From positions 1 to 57,470 of the forward strand of contig JAWUYR010000028.1 of assembly GCA_034110705.1 (NCBI GenBank): a stretch of DNA of 57,470 nt. Reading direction: 5' to 3'. The position numbers were made by a program, and so were the translations under genes. Each line of letters starts with the position of its first letter. Position 1 is the stretch's first letter. A model generated the notes under the pieces. It ran no database searches, was not told where the DNA came from, and saw only the letters and a program-made list of their open reading frames with translations. Below are positions 45,351 to 55,115 of the stretch, piece after piece. Source of the stretch: Gammaproteobacteria bacterium. Its GTDB lineage: Bacteria > Pseudomonadota > Gammaproteobacteria > JABDGN01.

Positions 45351-46388
45351 CTACCTTTCTACCTTGCGAAATTTATTGGACTCTCTTAGCTGCTCTAAAT
45401 ATTGCTGGTAGCTATAGATTCGGCGAGGATCAATCATTGCCGTTTCTGGATCTTTGATAAATGAGTAATAATAAATTTCTTTGCCTTGAATTTCTTCTGC
45501 TGGATAAACATGGTCTTTCCATTCCTCAGCGGAGTGTAATTTAAAATAGTCATCTGCCTTCCAAGCAAAAGGGATTTTATTACCGCTGCGGATATCTTCT
45601 AATACCGATTCTGGCGCGCCATTGTCTTGGGCAAACTCATAATGAATGTTTAAATCTTCATAACATTTAACAATTAACAGGCTTGATTGTGCATGACTAT
45701 CAATCAACAAAAAACTACCGGTTAACTCGGTTAGATAATATTCAACAATATCATTCTCGACACAGAGTTGATCGAAGAACTCACAAAATAAAGGATCTGA
45801 AATAAAACTGGGGGCCTCTTGAGCCAAAACAGCACGCATGTCTTTAGACATGCAGAGGAAATATTTTTTCTGCATTTTTTTGATCGTTTCATCAATTAAA
45901 CTCACCACATTCTTATCTTGCTTTTGAATAAAATGATCAATAATTCCTTCATTAAAAGCAGCAATAACTATTTTTTCATGCCCCTTATCGGTTAGTAGAA
46001 TTTTCTTAATCGGTTTATTAGCAAGCTTACGACACAGGTCTATTCCCGTCATGCCAGGCATATCGTAATCAACTACCACGACTGAGATTTCTGAAAAACG
46101 TTTTGGATTGTAAACTTCATCTTGTACTGTGGCTAAGTTAAGCGTGACTGTTTGATTTGTGATGGGATTACCACCAAGCTCTTGTGAAAAATCAAAACTA
46201 CGCTCACTAAGATGACTTGAGTCTTCAGAATTTTTAATACAAGCCAATGCATCATGTGGGAAAGAAAATAATCTAAGCGCTAACTGGTTATCCAGCTGCA
46301 AACTAAAATTCGTTAAAAAAGCGGTACTATCATCAACCAAAATAGCAGTAGTCGGATAAGAGTAAATCGGAATCCCTGTACTACGCAT
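45351..46388 (-). CDS. lqsR: LqsR-like response regulator (split receiver plus LqsR output domain)
   Basis: P.T.ILVDDS..FL.NF.LQLD, P.TN.TV.L.LA....EVYNP.RFSEISVVVVDY.MPGM, IKKILLT, AFNEG.I. These match Legionella LqsR as I recall it. Confidence 0.8.
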   Translation of the reverse strand: MRSTGIPIYSYPTTAILVDDSTAFLTNFSLQLDNQLALRLFSFPHDALACIKNSEDSSHLSERSFDFSQELGGNPITNQTVTLNLATVQDEVYNPKRFSEISVVVVDYDMPGMTGIDLCRKLANKPIKKILLTDKGHEKIVIAAFNEGIIDHFIQKQDKNVVSLIDETIKKMQKKYFLCMSKDMRAVLAQEAPSFISDPLFCEFFDQLCVENDIVEYYLTELTGSFLLIDSHAQSSLLIVKCYEDLNIHYEFAQDNGAPESVLEDIRSGNKIPFAWKADDYFKLHSAEEWKDHVYPAEEIQGKEIYYYSFIKDPETAMIDPRRIYSYQQYLEQLRESNKFRKVER

Positions 46389-46440
46389 GCGTCTAACTCC
46401 TTTATGTTAAATCAATTATACCGAAAAAGCTGACTGTAAA

Positions 46441-47163
46441 CTAGAGATCACCCCATAAGCTTTGCACGAGTGTTAATGCAGCTAAACCCGCTGTCTCACT
46501 GCGTAAAACTCGAGGGCCTAATAATACACTGGTAATACCTTGCTGCTTCGCCTGCGTAACCTCTTCTGGGCTAAAGCCGCCTTCAGGGCCAATCATTAAA
46601 CTAATATGACGAATAATCGTTAGCTGGTTTAATGTTTGGTTAGCACCGGGATCTAATATAACGGTATTTTTATCAGCCTGCTTGAGCCAAGCAGCGAAAG
46701 AAAGGGGAGCGTTAATGCACACCATATCACTTCGGCCAGATTGCTCACAAGCACTCACCGCTATTTTTTGCCAGTGCACTAATTTTTTAGCAGTGCGTTT
46801 TTCATCTAACTTTACATTGCCGTATTGTGTAAATAATGGCGTTAGTTCACTAACACCCAACTCCGTTGCTTTTTGGATCACAAAATCCATCTTTTCACCT
46901 TTACAAATACCTTGCACTAAATGCGTGTGTAAAGGAGATTGGGTTACTCTATCACTAGTGTCATGTATTTGCACCGCAACACTTTGCTTGCTGAGATTAG
47001 CGACCGTGCCAAAATATTCAGCACCATTACCATTAAACAAAACAATCATATCACCAACTTGCATACGCAACACTGTACGCACATGATGCGCCGCATTAAC
47101 ATCTAATTGCACGTCGGCATTAACAGTAAGCTCAGCTTGGCAATAAATTCTAATATCACGCAT
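46441..47163 (-). CDS. rsmE: 16S rRNA m3U1498 methyltransferase RsmE
   Basis: HHVRTVLR, IQKATELGV, ACEQSGR, IGPEGGFS, LGPRVLRSETA. Confidence 0.96.
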   Translation of the reverse strand: MRDIRIYCQAELTVNADVQLDVNAAHHVRTVLRMQVGDMIVLFNGNGAEYFGTVANLSKQSVAVQIHDTSDRVTQSPLHTHLVQGICKGEKMDFVIQKATELGVSELTPLFTQYGNVKLDEKRTAKKLVHWQKIAVSACEQSGRSDMVCINAPLSFAAWLKQADKNTVILDPGANQTLNQLTIIRHISLMIGPEGGFSPEEVTQAKQQGITSVLLGPRVLRSETAGLAALTLVQSLWGDL

Positions 47164-47866
47164 GTAATAGTTCCGTTAGCAAAGCAAAATTATTTAAAGC
47201 AAAAAAGTGTGCTTGCTGATAGCCCTGCGTGTTTAGCGTATCTAATAGATTTTTATAGAAGGTTAATTTTTCAGCGACATTTGCCTGCTGCAAAACATCC
47301 GGCACCGTAATGTCCACAGAATGCAGAAATGTTTGCACCGATTTAAAATCATCAATTAATAATAAACCTGGAAGAATAGGGCATAGTTGTTGTTCTTGTG
47401 TCGGCAACACGTCAGCAGTAAAACAAATCTGTGATACCGCCTTATCTGCACCAGCATCAACCTTGTCTATAAAGGCCTGCTCTGTTGCCAAATAATTATA
47501 GCTAACATAGACCGTCCAACGATTAGGAAAAGTCTTGTGAATATAGCGAACGGCATCACAAACGCTCATATCACCGGCGCCATCTCCGTGAATTAATAAA
47601 ACAGTATCAATGCCACGTTCAATATAATCAATCAAACATTCTTTTAATAAGGCTTCCGTTTTATTACCCACAGGAATATGCGGCACCAACTTAGTCTTTG
47701 TTTTCTCTTGCAACAAATCAATTAAGAATAATTGCTGCAACAAGTTATTATGGCAAGTTAAGCTAATAAATTCTGGCTTAAAATCTAACATCACATCATG
47801 CTGCTGCACTAACTCTTTTAAGCTCGCATCATTTTTAGGCGTTATCAGTTCATAACTAAAACGCAT
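47156..47866 (-). CDS. metF: Methylenetetrahydrofolate reductase-like protein (divergent, short)
   Basis: FSYE...PK, PEFISLT, VPH, HGD, KVDAGAD..VSQ..F, PILPG, HFFALN; directly downstream of ahcY. Confidence 0.7.
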   Translation of the reverse strand: MRFSYELITPKNDASLKELVQQHDVMLDFKPEFISLTCHNNLLQQLFLIDLLQEKTKTKLVPHIPVGNKTEALLKECLIDYIERGIDTVLLIHGDGAGDMSVCDAVRYIHKTFPNRWTVYVSYNYLATEQAFIDKVDAGADKAVSQICFTADVLPTQEQQLCPILPGLLLIDDFKSVQTFLHSVDITVPDVLQQANVAEKLTFYKNLLDTLNTQGYQQAHFFALNNFALLTELLHA

Positions 47867-47868
47867 GG

Positions 47869-49182
47869 TTAATAACGATAATGTTCTGGTTTATAAGGCC
47901 CTTCACTTTTAACGTTAAGATAATCGGCTTGCTCTTCGGTGAGTTGAGTTAAATTAACACCTAGTTTTTCCAAATGTAAGTGCGCGACTTTCTCATCAAG
48001 ATGTTTTGGTAAAATATACACTTGCTTGTCATAATTAGCTGTATGCTTCCACAGCTCAATTTGTGCCAATACTTGATTGGCAAATGATGTTGACATCACA
48101 AAGCTCGGATGACCTGTCGCACAACCCAAATTAGCCAAACGACCTTTAGCCAATACAATAATACGTTTTCCATCCGGGAAAATAACGTGATCAACTTGTG
48201 GCTTAATTTCTTCCCACTCGTATTTTTGCAATGACGCGATATCAATCTCATTATCAAAGTGACCAATATTTAAAACAATCGCTTGGTTTTTCATGGCCTG
48301 CATGTGGTCATGCCGAATAACGTCTTTATTACCTGTGGTGGTTACAAAAATATCTGCATCTGCGACAACATCCTCCAAACGAACCACATCGTAACCTTCC
48401 ATAGCAGCTTGTAATGCACAAATAGGATCAATCTCTGTTACTCTAACCCGAGCACCTAGACCCGAAAATGCTTCTGCCGCTCCCTTACCGACATCACCAT
48501 GGCCTAAGATAACCACGGTTTTACCTGCGACCATAACATCTGTCGCACGCTTTAAACCATCCATCATTGACTCACGAATACCGTATTTATTATCAAATTT
48601 CGACTTAGTCACCGAATCATTTACGTTAATAACAGGCACTTGAAGCTCGCCATTTTCAGCCATTTGATACATACGCTGAATACCAGTCGTCGTTTCTTCG
48701 GTAATTCCTTTCACTTGTTTCAATAATTCAGGATACTTTTCATGCATCAGCAAAGACAAGTCACCACCATCGTCTAAAATCATATTAGGGTGCCAGCCAT
48801 CTGTGCCATTAATCGTTTGCTCAATACACCACTCGTATTCTTCTTCAGTTTCGCCTTTCCAAGCAAAAACGGGCACGCCAACAATAGCAATGGCCGCTGC
48901 TGCCTGATCTTGAGTTGAGAAAATATTACATGAAGACCAACGCACTTCAGCCCCAAGCGCAATTAAAGTTTCAATTAACACAGCGGTCTGAATCGTCATA
49001 TGCAAACAACCTGCGATACGCGCGCCTTTTAAAGGCTGCTCCACTCCATACTCTGCCTGCAATGCCATTAAACCTGGCATTTCCGTTTCGGCAATGGCGA
49101 TTTCTTTACGCCCCCAATCAGCTAAGCTGATATCAGCCACCTTATAATCATTGGTTGTTTGTGGCATAGCTTGAGTCGTCAT
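47869..49182 (-). CDS. ahcY: Adenosylhomocysteinase
   Basis: [41 protein letters not shown]. Confidence 0.98.
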   Translation of the reverse strand: MTTQAMPQTTNDYKVADISLADWGRKEIAIAETEMPGLMALQAEYGVEQPLKGARIAGCLHMTIQTAVLIETLIALGAEVRWSSCNIFSTQDQAAAAIAIVGVPVFAWKGETEEEYEWCIEQTINGTDGWHPNMILDDGGDLSLLMHEKYPELLKQVKGITEETTTGIQRMYQMAENGELQVPVINVNDSVTKSKFDNKYGIRESMMDGLKRATDVMVAGKTVVILGHGDVGKGAAEAFSGLGARVRVTEIDPICALQAAMEGYDVVRLEDVVADADIFVTTTGNKDVIRHDHMQAMKNQAIVLNIGHFDNEIDIASLQKYEWEEIKPQVDHVIFPDGKRIIVLAKGRLANLGCATGHPSFVMSTSFANQVLAQIELWKHTANYDKQVYILPKHLDEKVAHLHLEKLGVNLTQLTEEQADYLNVKSEGPYKPEHYRY

Positions 49183-49307
49183 TTAATATATCCTCTATTC
49201 ACTGAAAAAGGAGTCTATTCTAACGGAAACAGATTTGCATTGCACCTGATTCATCATTGAAAGAAGCTCATGAGCTCATATTAATAGTCATTATTATTTG
49301 GAGATTT

Positions 49308-49829
49308 TCACCACATGGATCTGATTAATTTTACTTCAGACAATTTGGCCTCTGGAATATCATCACAAATCCTTTGTTCTGCGGCTTCCTTAAACCCCCA
49401 TTTAAAATAGAATTTTTTAGCTTCTACATTTTTATCCAGAACCCAAAGAAAAACATCAATTTCATCATGTAATTTCAAGTTGTCTAGCATCCGCTGTACT
49501 AATGCTGCTCCAATACCTTGACGGAAATAAGCGGGCGCAATATAAAGCGTATGAAGCTCTACTAATAGGTTCTTTTCGGATTCACAAAGCACTTCAAAAT
49601 AGGCAAAACCAATAATTTTATTCATTTCATTAGAAACAACAATAATCGAATTTGGGTCATTCACTATAACCTTTTCCCATAACTTTCTTTTGTATTTTAC
49701 ATTATAGACATCATCAAGCAAAGGCCTGGAGATAAAATCTCTATAAGCTAACTTGGCACTTTCAACATGGATGCTTGCAATTTGAAATACATCTGATACT
49801 TCAGCATTTCTAAAATAAACTGATGACAT
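49308..49829 (-). CDS. GNAT family N-acetyltransferase
   Basis: LYIAP...RQGIG acetyl-CoA motif, LWVL..N..A..FY...GF. Confidence 0.9.
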   Translation of the reverse strand: MSSVYFRNAEVSDVFQIASIHVESAKLAYRDFISRPLLDDVYNVKYKRKLWEKVIVNDPNSIIVVSNEMNKIIGFAYFEVLCESEKNLLVELHTLYIAPAYFRQGIGAALVQRMLDNLKLHDEIDVFLWVLDKNVEAKKFYFKWGFKEAAEQRICDDIPEAKLSEVKLIRSMW

Positions 49830-49992
49830 TTGATTATCTAACTCTAGTTAAAAATGGACTTAAAACACTGCATGATTTTTCTATCGACGCATTAAAAAAT
49901 AGAGAAAAAACAAGGGCAGGAAGAAGACAATAACCCTCAGCTCCCCAATAGCCATCTTTGATGATCACCTGCTTCACCCTTAAACTAAATGA

Positions 49993-51147
49993 CTATAAAT
50001 ATTTTTTAAGTAGCTCGGCCTTATCTGTTTTTTCCCAAGTGAAGCTTGGTAAGTCACGACCAAAGTGACCATAGGTCGCTGTAGAACGGTATATTGGTTT
50101 TAATAAATCGAGCATTTTAATAATGCCGCCTGGACGCAAGTCAAAATGTTCTCGAATTAAAGCTACGATTTCTGCATCTGGTAATTTACCGGTACCAAAC
50201 GTATCAATACTAATTGAAGTTGGCTCAGCAATACCAATTGCATAAGAAACTTGAATTTCACAACGCTCGGCTATGCCGGCGGAAACAATATTTTTTGCAA
50301 CATAGCGGGCAGCATAAGCTGCACTTCTATCAACTTTTGAAGGATCCTTGCCTGAAAAGGCACCACCACCGTGACGTGCCATACCACCATAAGTATCAAC
50401 AATAATTTTTCGCCCAGTTAAACCACAATCACCTTGCGGTCCACCAACCACAAAACGGCCCGTTGGATTAATAAAGTATTTTGTCTCTGGAATTAACCAA
50501 TGCTCAGGTAACACAGGCTTAATAATTTCTTCACGCACAGCTTCTATTAAATCCTTTTGACTAATGTCTGGATAATGCTGGGTTGATAACACGACAGTAT
50601 CAATAGCGATTGGCTTGTGATTTTGATAACGGAAAGTCACTTGGCTTTTCGCATCGGGGCGCAACCATGGCAAAGTGCCAGCATGGCGAAGCTTAGCCTG
50701 TTGTTGCATCAAACGATGTGCATAGGTAATCGGTGCCGGCATTAATACATCGGTTTCATTACTCGCATAGCCAAACATTAAACCTTGATCGCCCGCACCT
50801 AAATTAAGTAAATCATCAGCATTAACGCCTTGAGCAATATCGTTACTTTGTTTGCCGATAGCCGAAAGCACCGCACAAGAACCACCATCGAGGCCAACAT
50901 CAGACGAGGTGTAACCTATACTTGAAACCACCTCACGTACAATCTCATCTAAGTCTACCCAACTATTGGTACTGATTTCACCACCAACGACAACCATGCC
51001 GGTTTTAGTAAAGGTTTCACAAGCAACCCTGGCTAAAGGATCTTTAGCAATAATCGCGTCTAATATCGTGTCCGATATTTGATCCGCAATTTTATCTGGA
51101 TGCCCTTCAGAAACAGATTCTGAGGTAAATAAAGAAAAATTAGCCAT
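49993..51147 (-). CDS. metK: S-adenosylmethionine synthetase
   Basis: [26 protein letters not shown]. Confidence 0.98.
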   Translation of the reverse strand: MANFSLFTSESVSEGHPDKIADQISDTILDAIIAKDPLARVACETFTKTGMVVVGGEISTNSWVDLDEIVREVVSSIGYTSSDVGLDGGSCAVLSAIGKQSNDIAQGVNADDLLNLGAGDQGLMFGYASNETDVLMPAPITYAHRLMQQQAKLRHAGTLPWLRPDAKSQVTFRYQNHKPIAIDTVVLSTQHYPDISQKDLIEAVREEIIKPVLPEHWLIPETKYFINPTGRFVVGGPQGDCGLTGRKIIVDTYGGMARHGGGAFSGKDPSKVDRSAAYAARYVAKNIVSAGIAERCEIQVSYAIGIAEPTSISIDTFGTGKLPDAEIVALIREHFDLRPGGIIKMLDLLKPIYRSTATYGHFGRDLPSFTWEKTDKAELLKKYL

Positions 51148-51256
51148 GAGTGAGCCTATACAATAAAAAGAATGATGAATTGTACACGATTTTTATTATT
51201 TTGTCTGAGGCTCCGTAATAAAACCAATGACTAAAGACGAAAAGTGAATCTAAATA

Positions 51257-51910
51257 TCACGCCCAGCCTGGAAACATATGCAATAACCCAGCACCCAACA
51301 TATCAAAAGCAATAGCCGTTAGAATGAGGCCCATAATACGTGTTGTAATTTGAATAGCCGAAGCACTAACCACGCGATTGAACCAAGAGGCAAAATAAAA
51401 GCAACAACCAATAATAAGACTTAAGAAAATCACAATGCCCGTCATAAACAGCTTATCAGTGAAAATATGATCAGCTGGCAATGTTTGAGTGTGAATAATA
51501 ATAGTCGTAATAGCACCAGGACCCGCAATAAGAGGAATAGCCATTGGGACAATTGCAACGGAATCACTCGCCTTAGCCTCTTCATGTTCTGATTTACTGT
51601 AATGCAAACTACTGTGCTTTTTGCCAGAATCAGCATTGTGACCATTTAGCATTGATAACCCCAATAGAATAATAACTAAAGCACCAGCGACTTGAAACGC
51701 ACTTGTAGAAATTCCGAAGCCATCTAAAATAATGTGCCCCGTCCAAACAACAACTATCAAAATAATAAGAATACCAAGAGCACAAGTGATGGCGGCTTTC
51801 TTTTGCTCAGCAAGTGATTTCTCTTGAATAAGACTAATGAAGATAGCCAAATTACCAATGGGATTGGTGATAGCGAGCATTGAGATGAAAGAAGTAATAT
51901 ATACGTGCAT
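51257..51910 (-). CDS. MarC family membrane protein
   Basis: NPIGN, PMAIPLIAGPGAI, TRIMGLIL. Confidence 0.92.
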   Translation of the reverse strand: MHVYITSFISMLAITNPIGNLAIFISLIQEKSLAEQKKAAITCALGILIILIVVVWTGHIILDGFGISTSAFQVAGALVIILLGLSMLNGHNADSGKKHSSLHYSKSEHEEAKASDSVAIVPMAIPLIAGPGAITTIIIHTQTLPADHIFTDKLFMTGIVIFLSLIIGCCFYFASWFNRVVSASAIQITTRIMGLILTAIAFDMLGAGLLHMFPGWA

Positions 51911-52045
51911 GTCTCGTCTATCCTATTGATTGGATGCTGCAGTTTATAACTTATCTTTAAACGAAGCAAATAGATGCCGCTTACCTAATGCTGAACCACG
52001 CCTTATACAAACCTTATTTCTTCATTAGAATGAACACCTCGACAA

Positions 52046-52089
52046 TGATTCAATATTTGAATCAATTATTAATATTAATTCATTATACT
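52046..52089 (+). promoter_or_regulatory. Palindromic operator candidate plus -10 (TATACT) upstream of the amino-acid ABC operon
   Basis: Perfect TGATTCAA-TAT-TTGAATCA (52046-52064), ARG-box-like TTAAT-ATTA-ATTCA (52069-52082), then TATACT. Confidence 0.35.
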
Positions 52090-52149
52090 TAATCCTTTGC
52101 ATTTGATATTCTCCCTCTTAATCAGAATAAAGCCAACTTAGAGGCCCTA

Positions 52150-52899
52150 ATGAGTGAAATATTAACAATTAAAGGTTTAAGCAAATCGTTCCACGATGAA
52201 GTCGTGTTAGAGCATATTGACCTAACTCTAAATAGTGGCGACATTAAAGTCTTGATTGGCAAAAGTGGCTCAGGTAAAAGCACACTGCTTAAATGTATTA
52301 ATCAACTTGAACAAGCTTCGAATGGCAGCATTGATGTAATGGGCCAGCATTTTGATTTCAGTAAAACACAAAAAAACAACAAACCCGCCTTGAAAGAGTT
52401 ACGCAAGAATGTGGGTATGGTATTTCAGCATTTTTGCTTATGGCCTCACTTATCAGTTCTAAAAAATCTTAGCTTAGCACCCGTTAAATTAAAGCTAATG
52501 TCCAAACAAGAAGCCGAGCAACAAGCCGAGGAGCTCTTGCACCGTTTTGAACTAAGCCACAAAGCCTCTGCCAAACCAAGCAGCTTGTCTGGCGGTCAAC
52601 AGCAACGTGTTTCAATTGCCAGAAGCTTAATGCTTAAACCTAAAATCATGTTATTTGACGAACCCACTTCAGCGCTCGACCCAGAAATGACACAAGAAGT
52701 ACTGAACATTATTACCGAATTAAAAAGTGACAACATGGCCATGCTGCTTTGCACACATGAAATTGGTTTTGCCAAAGCCATCGCCGATGAAATTTACTTT
52801 CTACAAAAAGGGCGCATCATTGAATCTGGCACAGCATCAATTATTGATAGCCCACAAACCGATGAACTAAAACAATTTCTACAGCACACGTATCATTAA
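52150..52899 (+). CDS. Polar amino-acid ABC transporter ATP-binding protein (ArtP/HisP/GlnQ-like)
   Basis: GKSGSGKST, LSGGQQQRV, FDEPTSALDPE. Confidence 0.93.
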   Translation: MSEILTIKGLSKSFHDEVVLEHIDLTLNSGDIKVLIGKSGSGKSTLLKCINQLEQASNGSIDVMGQHFDFSKTQKNNKPALKELRKNVGMVFQHFCLWPHLSVLKNLSLAPVKLKLMSKQEAEQQAEELLHRFELSHKASAKPSSLSGGQQQRVSIARSLMLKPKIMLFDEPTSALDPEMTQEVLNIITELKSDNMAMLLCTHEIGFAKAIADEIYFLQKGRIIESGTASIIDSPQTDELKQFLQHTYH

Positions 52900-52911
52900 A
52901 AGGAAAAAAAC

Positions 52912-53661
52912 ATGAAGAAACTAGGCTTAAGCTTACTCTTGTTAATCATTAGCTGCTCGCAATTCGCATATGCAAAGCAAACACTGACCTTTGCCACAGA
53001 AGCAACCTACCCGCCTTTTGTTTCCATGACCGCAAGCGATAAAATGGTTGGTTTTGGCCCAGACTTAGTGCATGCGCTTTGTAAAATCATGCAAACTAAT
53101 TGCCAATTAGTTAACGCGCCATGGGAAAGCTTAATTCCAAGCTTAAAAATGGGTAAATACGATGCCTTATTTGGCGGTATGGGTATTACACCAGCCAGAA
53201 AAAAAGTCATTGATTTCAGCTTACCTTATTATCAGAATGCAATGGCTTTTGTTGCCAACAAAAGCACTCACTTTGTCCTAGAACCACAATGGCTAAAAGG
53301 TAAAACTATCGGCGTGCAAGGTGGCACAGCTTTTCAAAATTACCTGCAAACAAAGTTTGGAAAACTCATTACAATAAAAACCTATGCCAGTAACATGGCC
53401 GCTTTAATGGATTTAAAAGCAGGCAGAGTAAATGCTGTGTTTTTAGACAAGCCCGTTGCAGTAACCTGGCTACAAAAACCTGACAGCCAAGCTTATACCA
53501 CCATTGGCAATATCACCTCGGTGAAATTTTTTGGCCCTGGTAATGCTATCGCCATCAACCAAGGCAATACAGCTCTACAACAAAAAATTAATGTTGCCAT
53601 AAAAACGATGCAAACTAATGGTCAGCTAAAAAAACTACAAACGAAATGGTTCGGTAAATAA
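52912..53661 (+). CDS. Basic amino-acid ABC substrate-binding protein (ArtI/ArtJ-like)
   Basis: Signal peptide, FATEATYPPF, SLIPSL, GKTIGVQ.GT, DLKAGR. Confidence 0.88.
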   Translation: MKKLGLSLLLLIISCSQFAYAKQTLTFATEATYPPFVSMTASDKMVGFGPDLVHALCKIMQTNCQLVNAPWESLIPSLKMGKYDALFGGMGITPARKKVIDFSLPYYQNAMAFVANKSTHFVLEPQWLKGKTIGVQGGTAFQNYLQTKFGKLITIKTYASNMAALMDLKAGRVNAVFLDKPVAVTWLQKPDSQAYTTIGNITSVKFFGPGNAIAINQGNTALQQKINVAIKTMQTNGQLKKLQTKWFGK

Positions 53662-53663
53662 AC

Positions 53664-54311
53664 ATGCATTCTTTTTATGCCAATATCTTATTCGCGACAA
53701 AAACAACGCTTGGTATTTCTTTATTATCACTGTGTGTAGGTTTACTTTTAGGCTTACTGTTAGCACTGAGTGAAATATCACCCGCTTGGCTAAAAACCAC
53801 TATGAATGCTTGGGTGATGTTGATTCGGGGCTTGCCTGAAATATTCATTCTTTTTATGTGTTATTACGGCTTAACTCTATTATTAAAAAAATTTGCAGGG
53901 CATTATGTAGATCTAAACCCCTTTGTCTGTGGCGTGATTGTATTAGGGATCGTCTTCTCTGCTTATGCTAGCCAAATATTTATTGCGGCACTGCATGCTA
54001 TTCCTCAAGAAGATTTACTCGCCGCCCAAGCACTCGGACTAAATAAGCCAACTATCTGGCTGTCTATCATCATGCCTCAACTATTTCGCCATGCATTAAC
54101 TGGCTTATTAAATTTATGGTTAGTTTTATTAAAAGATAGTTCCATCGTCTCATTAATTGGCCTACATGATATTATGAATGTTGCGCATGTAGCGGCGTCC
54201 GAAACATTTAAACCTTTTAACTTTTATTTATTTGCCGGTGCTATTTATTTATTTTTAACGTTCATCTCTGGATTTTTAGGTAAAAAATTAGAAACGAAAT
54301 TGGCTTTATAG
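53664..54311 (+). CDS. Amino-acid ABC permease (ArtQ-like)
   Basis: IRGLPE, EAA-like loop, NLWLVLLKDSS. Confidence 0.88.
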   Translation: MHSFYANILFATKTTLGISLLSLCVGLLLGLLLALSEISPAWLKTTMNAWVMLIRGLPEIFILFMCYYGLTLLLKKFAGHYVDLNPFVCGVIVLGIVFSAYASQIFIAALHAIPQEDLLAAQALGLNKPTIWLSIIMPQLFRHALTGLLNLWLVLLKDSSIVSLIGLHDIMNVAHVAASETFKPFNFYLFAGAIYLFLTFISGFLGKKLETKLAL

Positions 54312-54318
54312 GTATAAC

Positions 54319-55047
54319 ATGTTTTCAATTATCACTCAAAACTACTCGGCTATCTTAGATGGAATTGGCACCACCTTATTCTTGCTCATTATTTCACTTT
54401 TGGCTGGGCTAATTTTATCGGTAACGTTTGCAGCCATAAAATATTATCGCATCCCCGTTCTTAAGCAAGCCGTCGATACTTTTGTGTTTTTTATCAGAGG
54501 CACACCTTTTTTAGTGCAGCTATTTTTAATTTATTATGGCCCGTTTCAATTTCACTGGATGACACATTCTTGGTTGGGCATTCCCTTTAAATCCGCTACA
54601 TTCTGTGCTTTATTAGCGCTCATCTTTAACACCACGGCTTACACAAGCAGCTTGTTTTATGGGGCTATGAGAAATTTACCTCAAGATGAAGTAACGGCAG
54701 GCACGGCCTTGGGATTATCTAACTGGCAAAATTATGTGTATATCATCTTGCCTCGATATTTTGTCCGCATTTTACCAGTCTATAAAAATGAAGTGATCAT
54801 GTTATTAAAATGTACGTCACTTGTTAGTACAATCACTATCTTAGATGTTATGGGCGTTATGCGTCAAATCATGACGCAAACCTACCAAACTATTCCCAGC
54901 TTATTAATTGCCGGTATTATTTATTTAGTGCTAGCCGTAGCGCTTAACGCCGTCATGAAGTTTTTTTACTCAAAAAAACTCCATAAGGTTAAAAATGCTT
55001 TGCTTTCTCACGTTCACCAGATTTCACTCTTATTTCTCCATTATTGA
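54319..55047 (+). CDS. Amino-acid ABC permease (ArtM-like)
   Basis: RGTPFLVQLFLIYYGP.QF, NTTAYT, NEVIMLLK.TSL.STIT. Confidence 0.88.
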   Translation: MFSIITQNYSAILDGIGTTLFLLIISLLAGLILSVTFAAIKYYRIPVLKQAVDTFVFFIRGTPFLVQLFLIYYGPFQFHWMTHSWLGIPFKSATFCALLALIFNTTAYTSSLFYGAMRNLPQDEVTAGTALGLSNWQNYVYIILPRYFVRILPVYKNEVIMLLKCTSLVSTITILDVMGVMRQIMTQTYQTIPSLLIAGIIYLVLAVALNAVMKFFYSKKLHKVKNALLSHVHQISLLFLHY

Positions 55048-55115
55048 AATCAATGCTCGTATTAACGTGAGCTGCAAACCATTTTTGTAAAACTGAGCTC
55101 CCCCTACAGCAATAT

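Noticed and set aside
49183-51256. SAH or SAM riboswitch upstream of ahcY or metK; 12-bp palindrome AGCTCATGAGCT at 49265-49276
   Set aside because: I found no SAH riboswitch core (GAGGAGCG...CGCUC) in either leader, and a lone short palindrome is not enough evidence.
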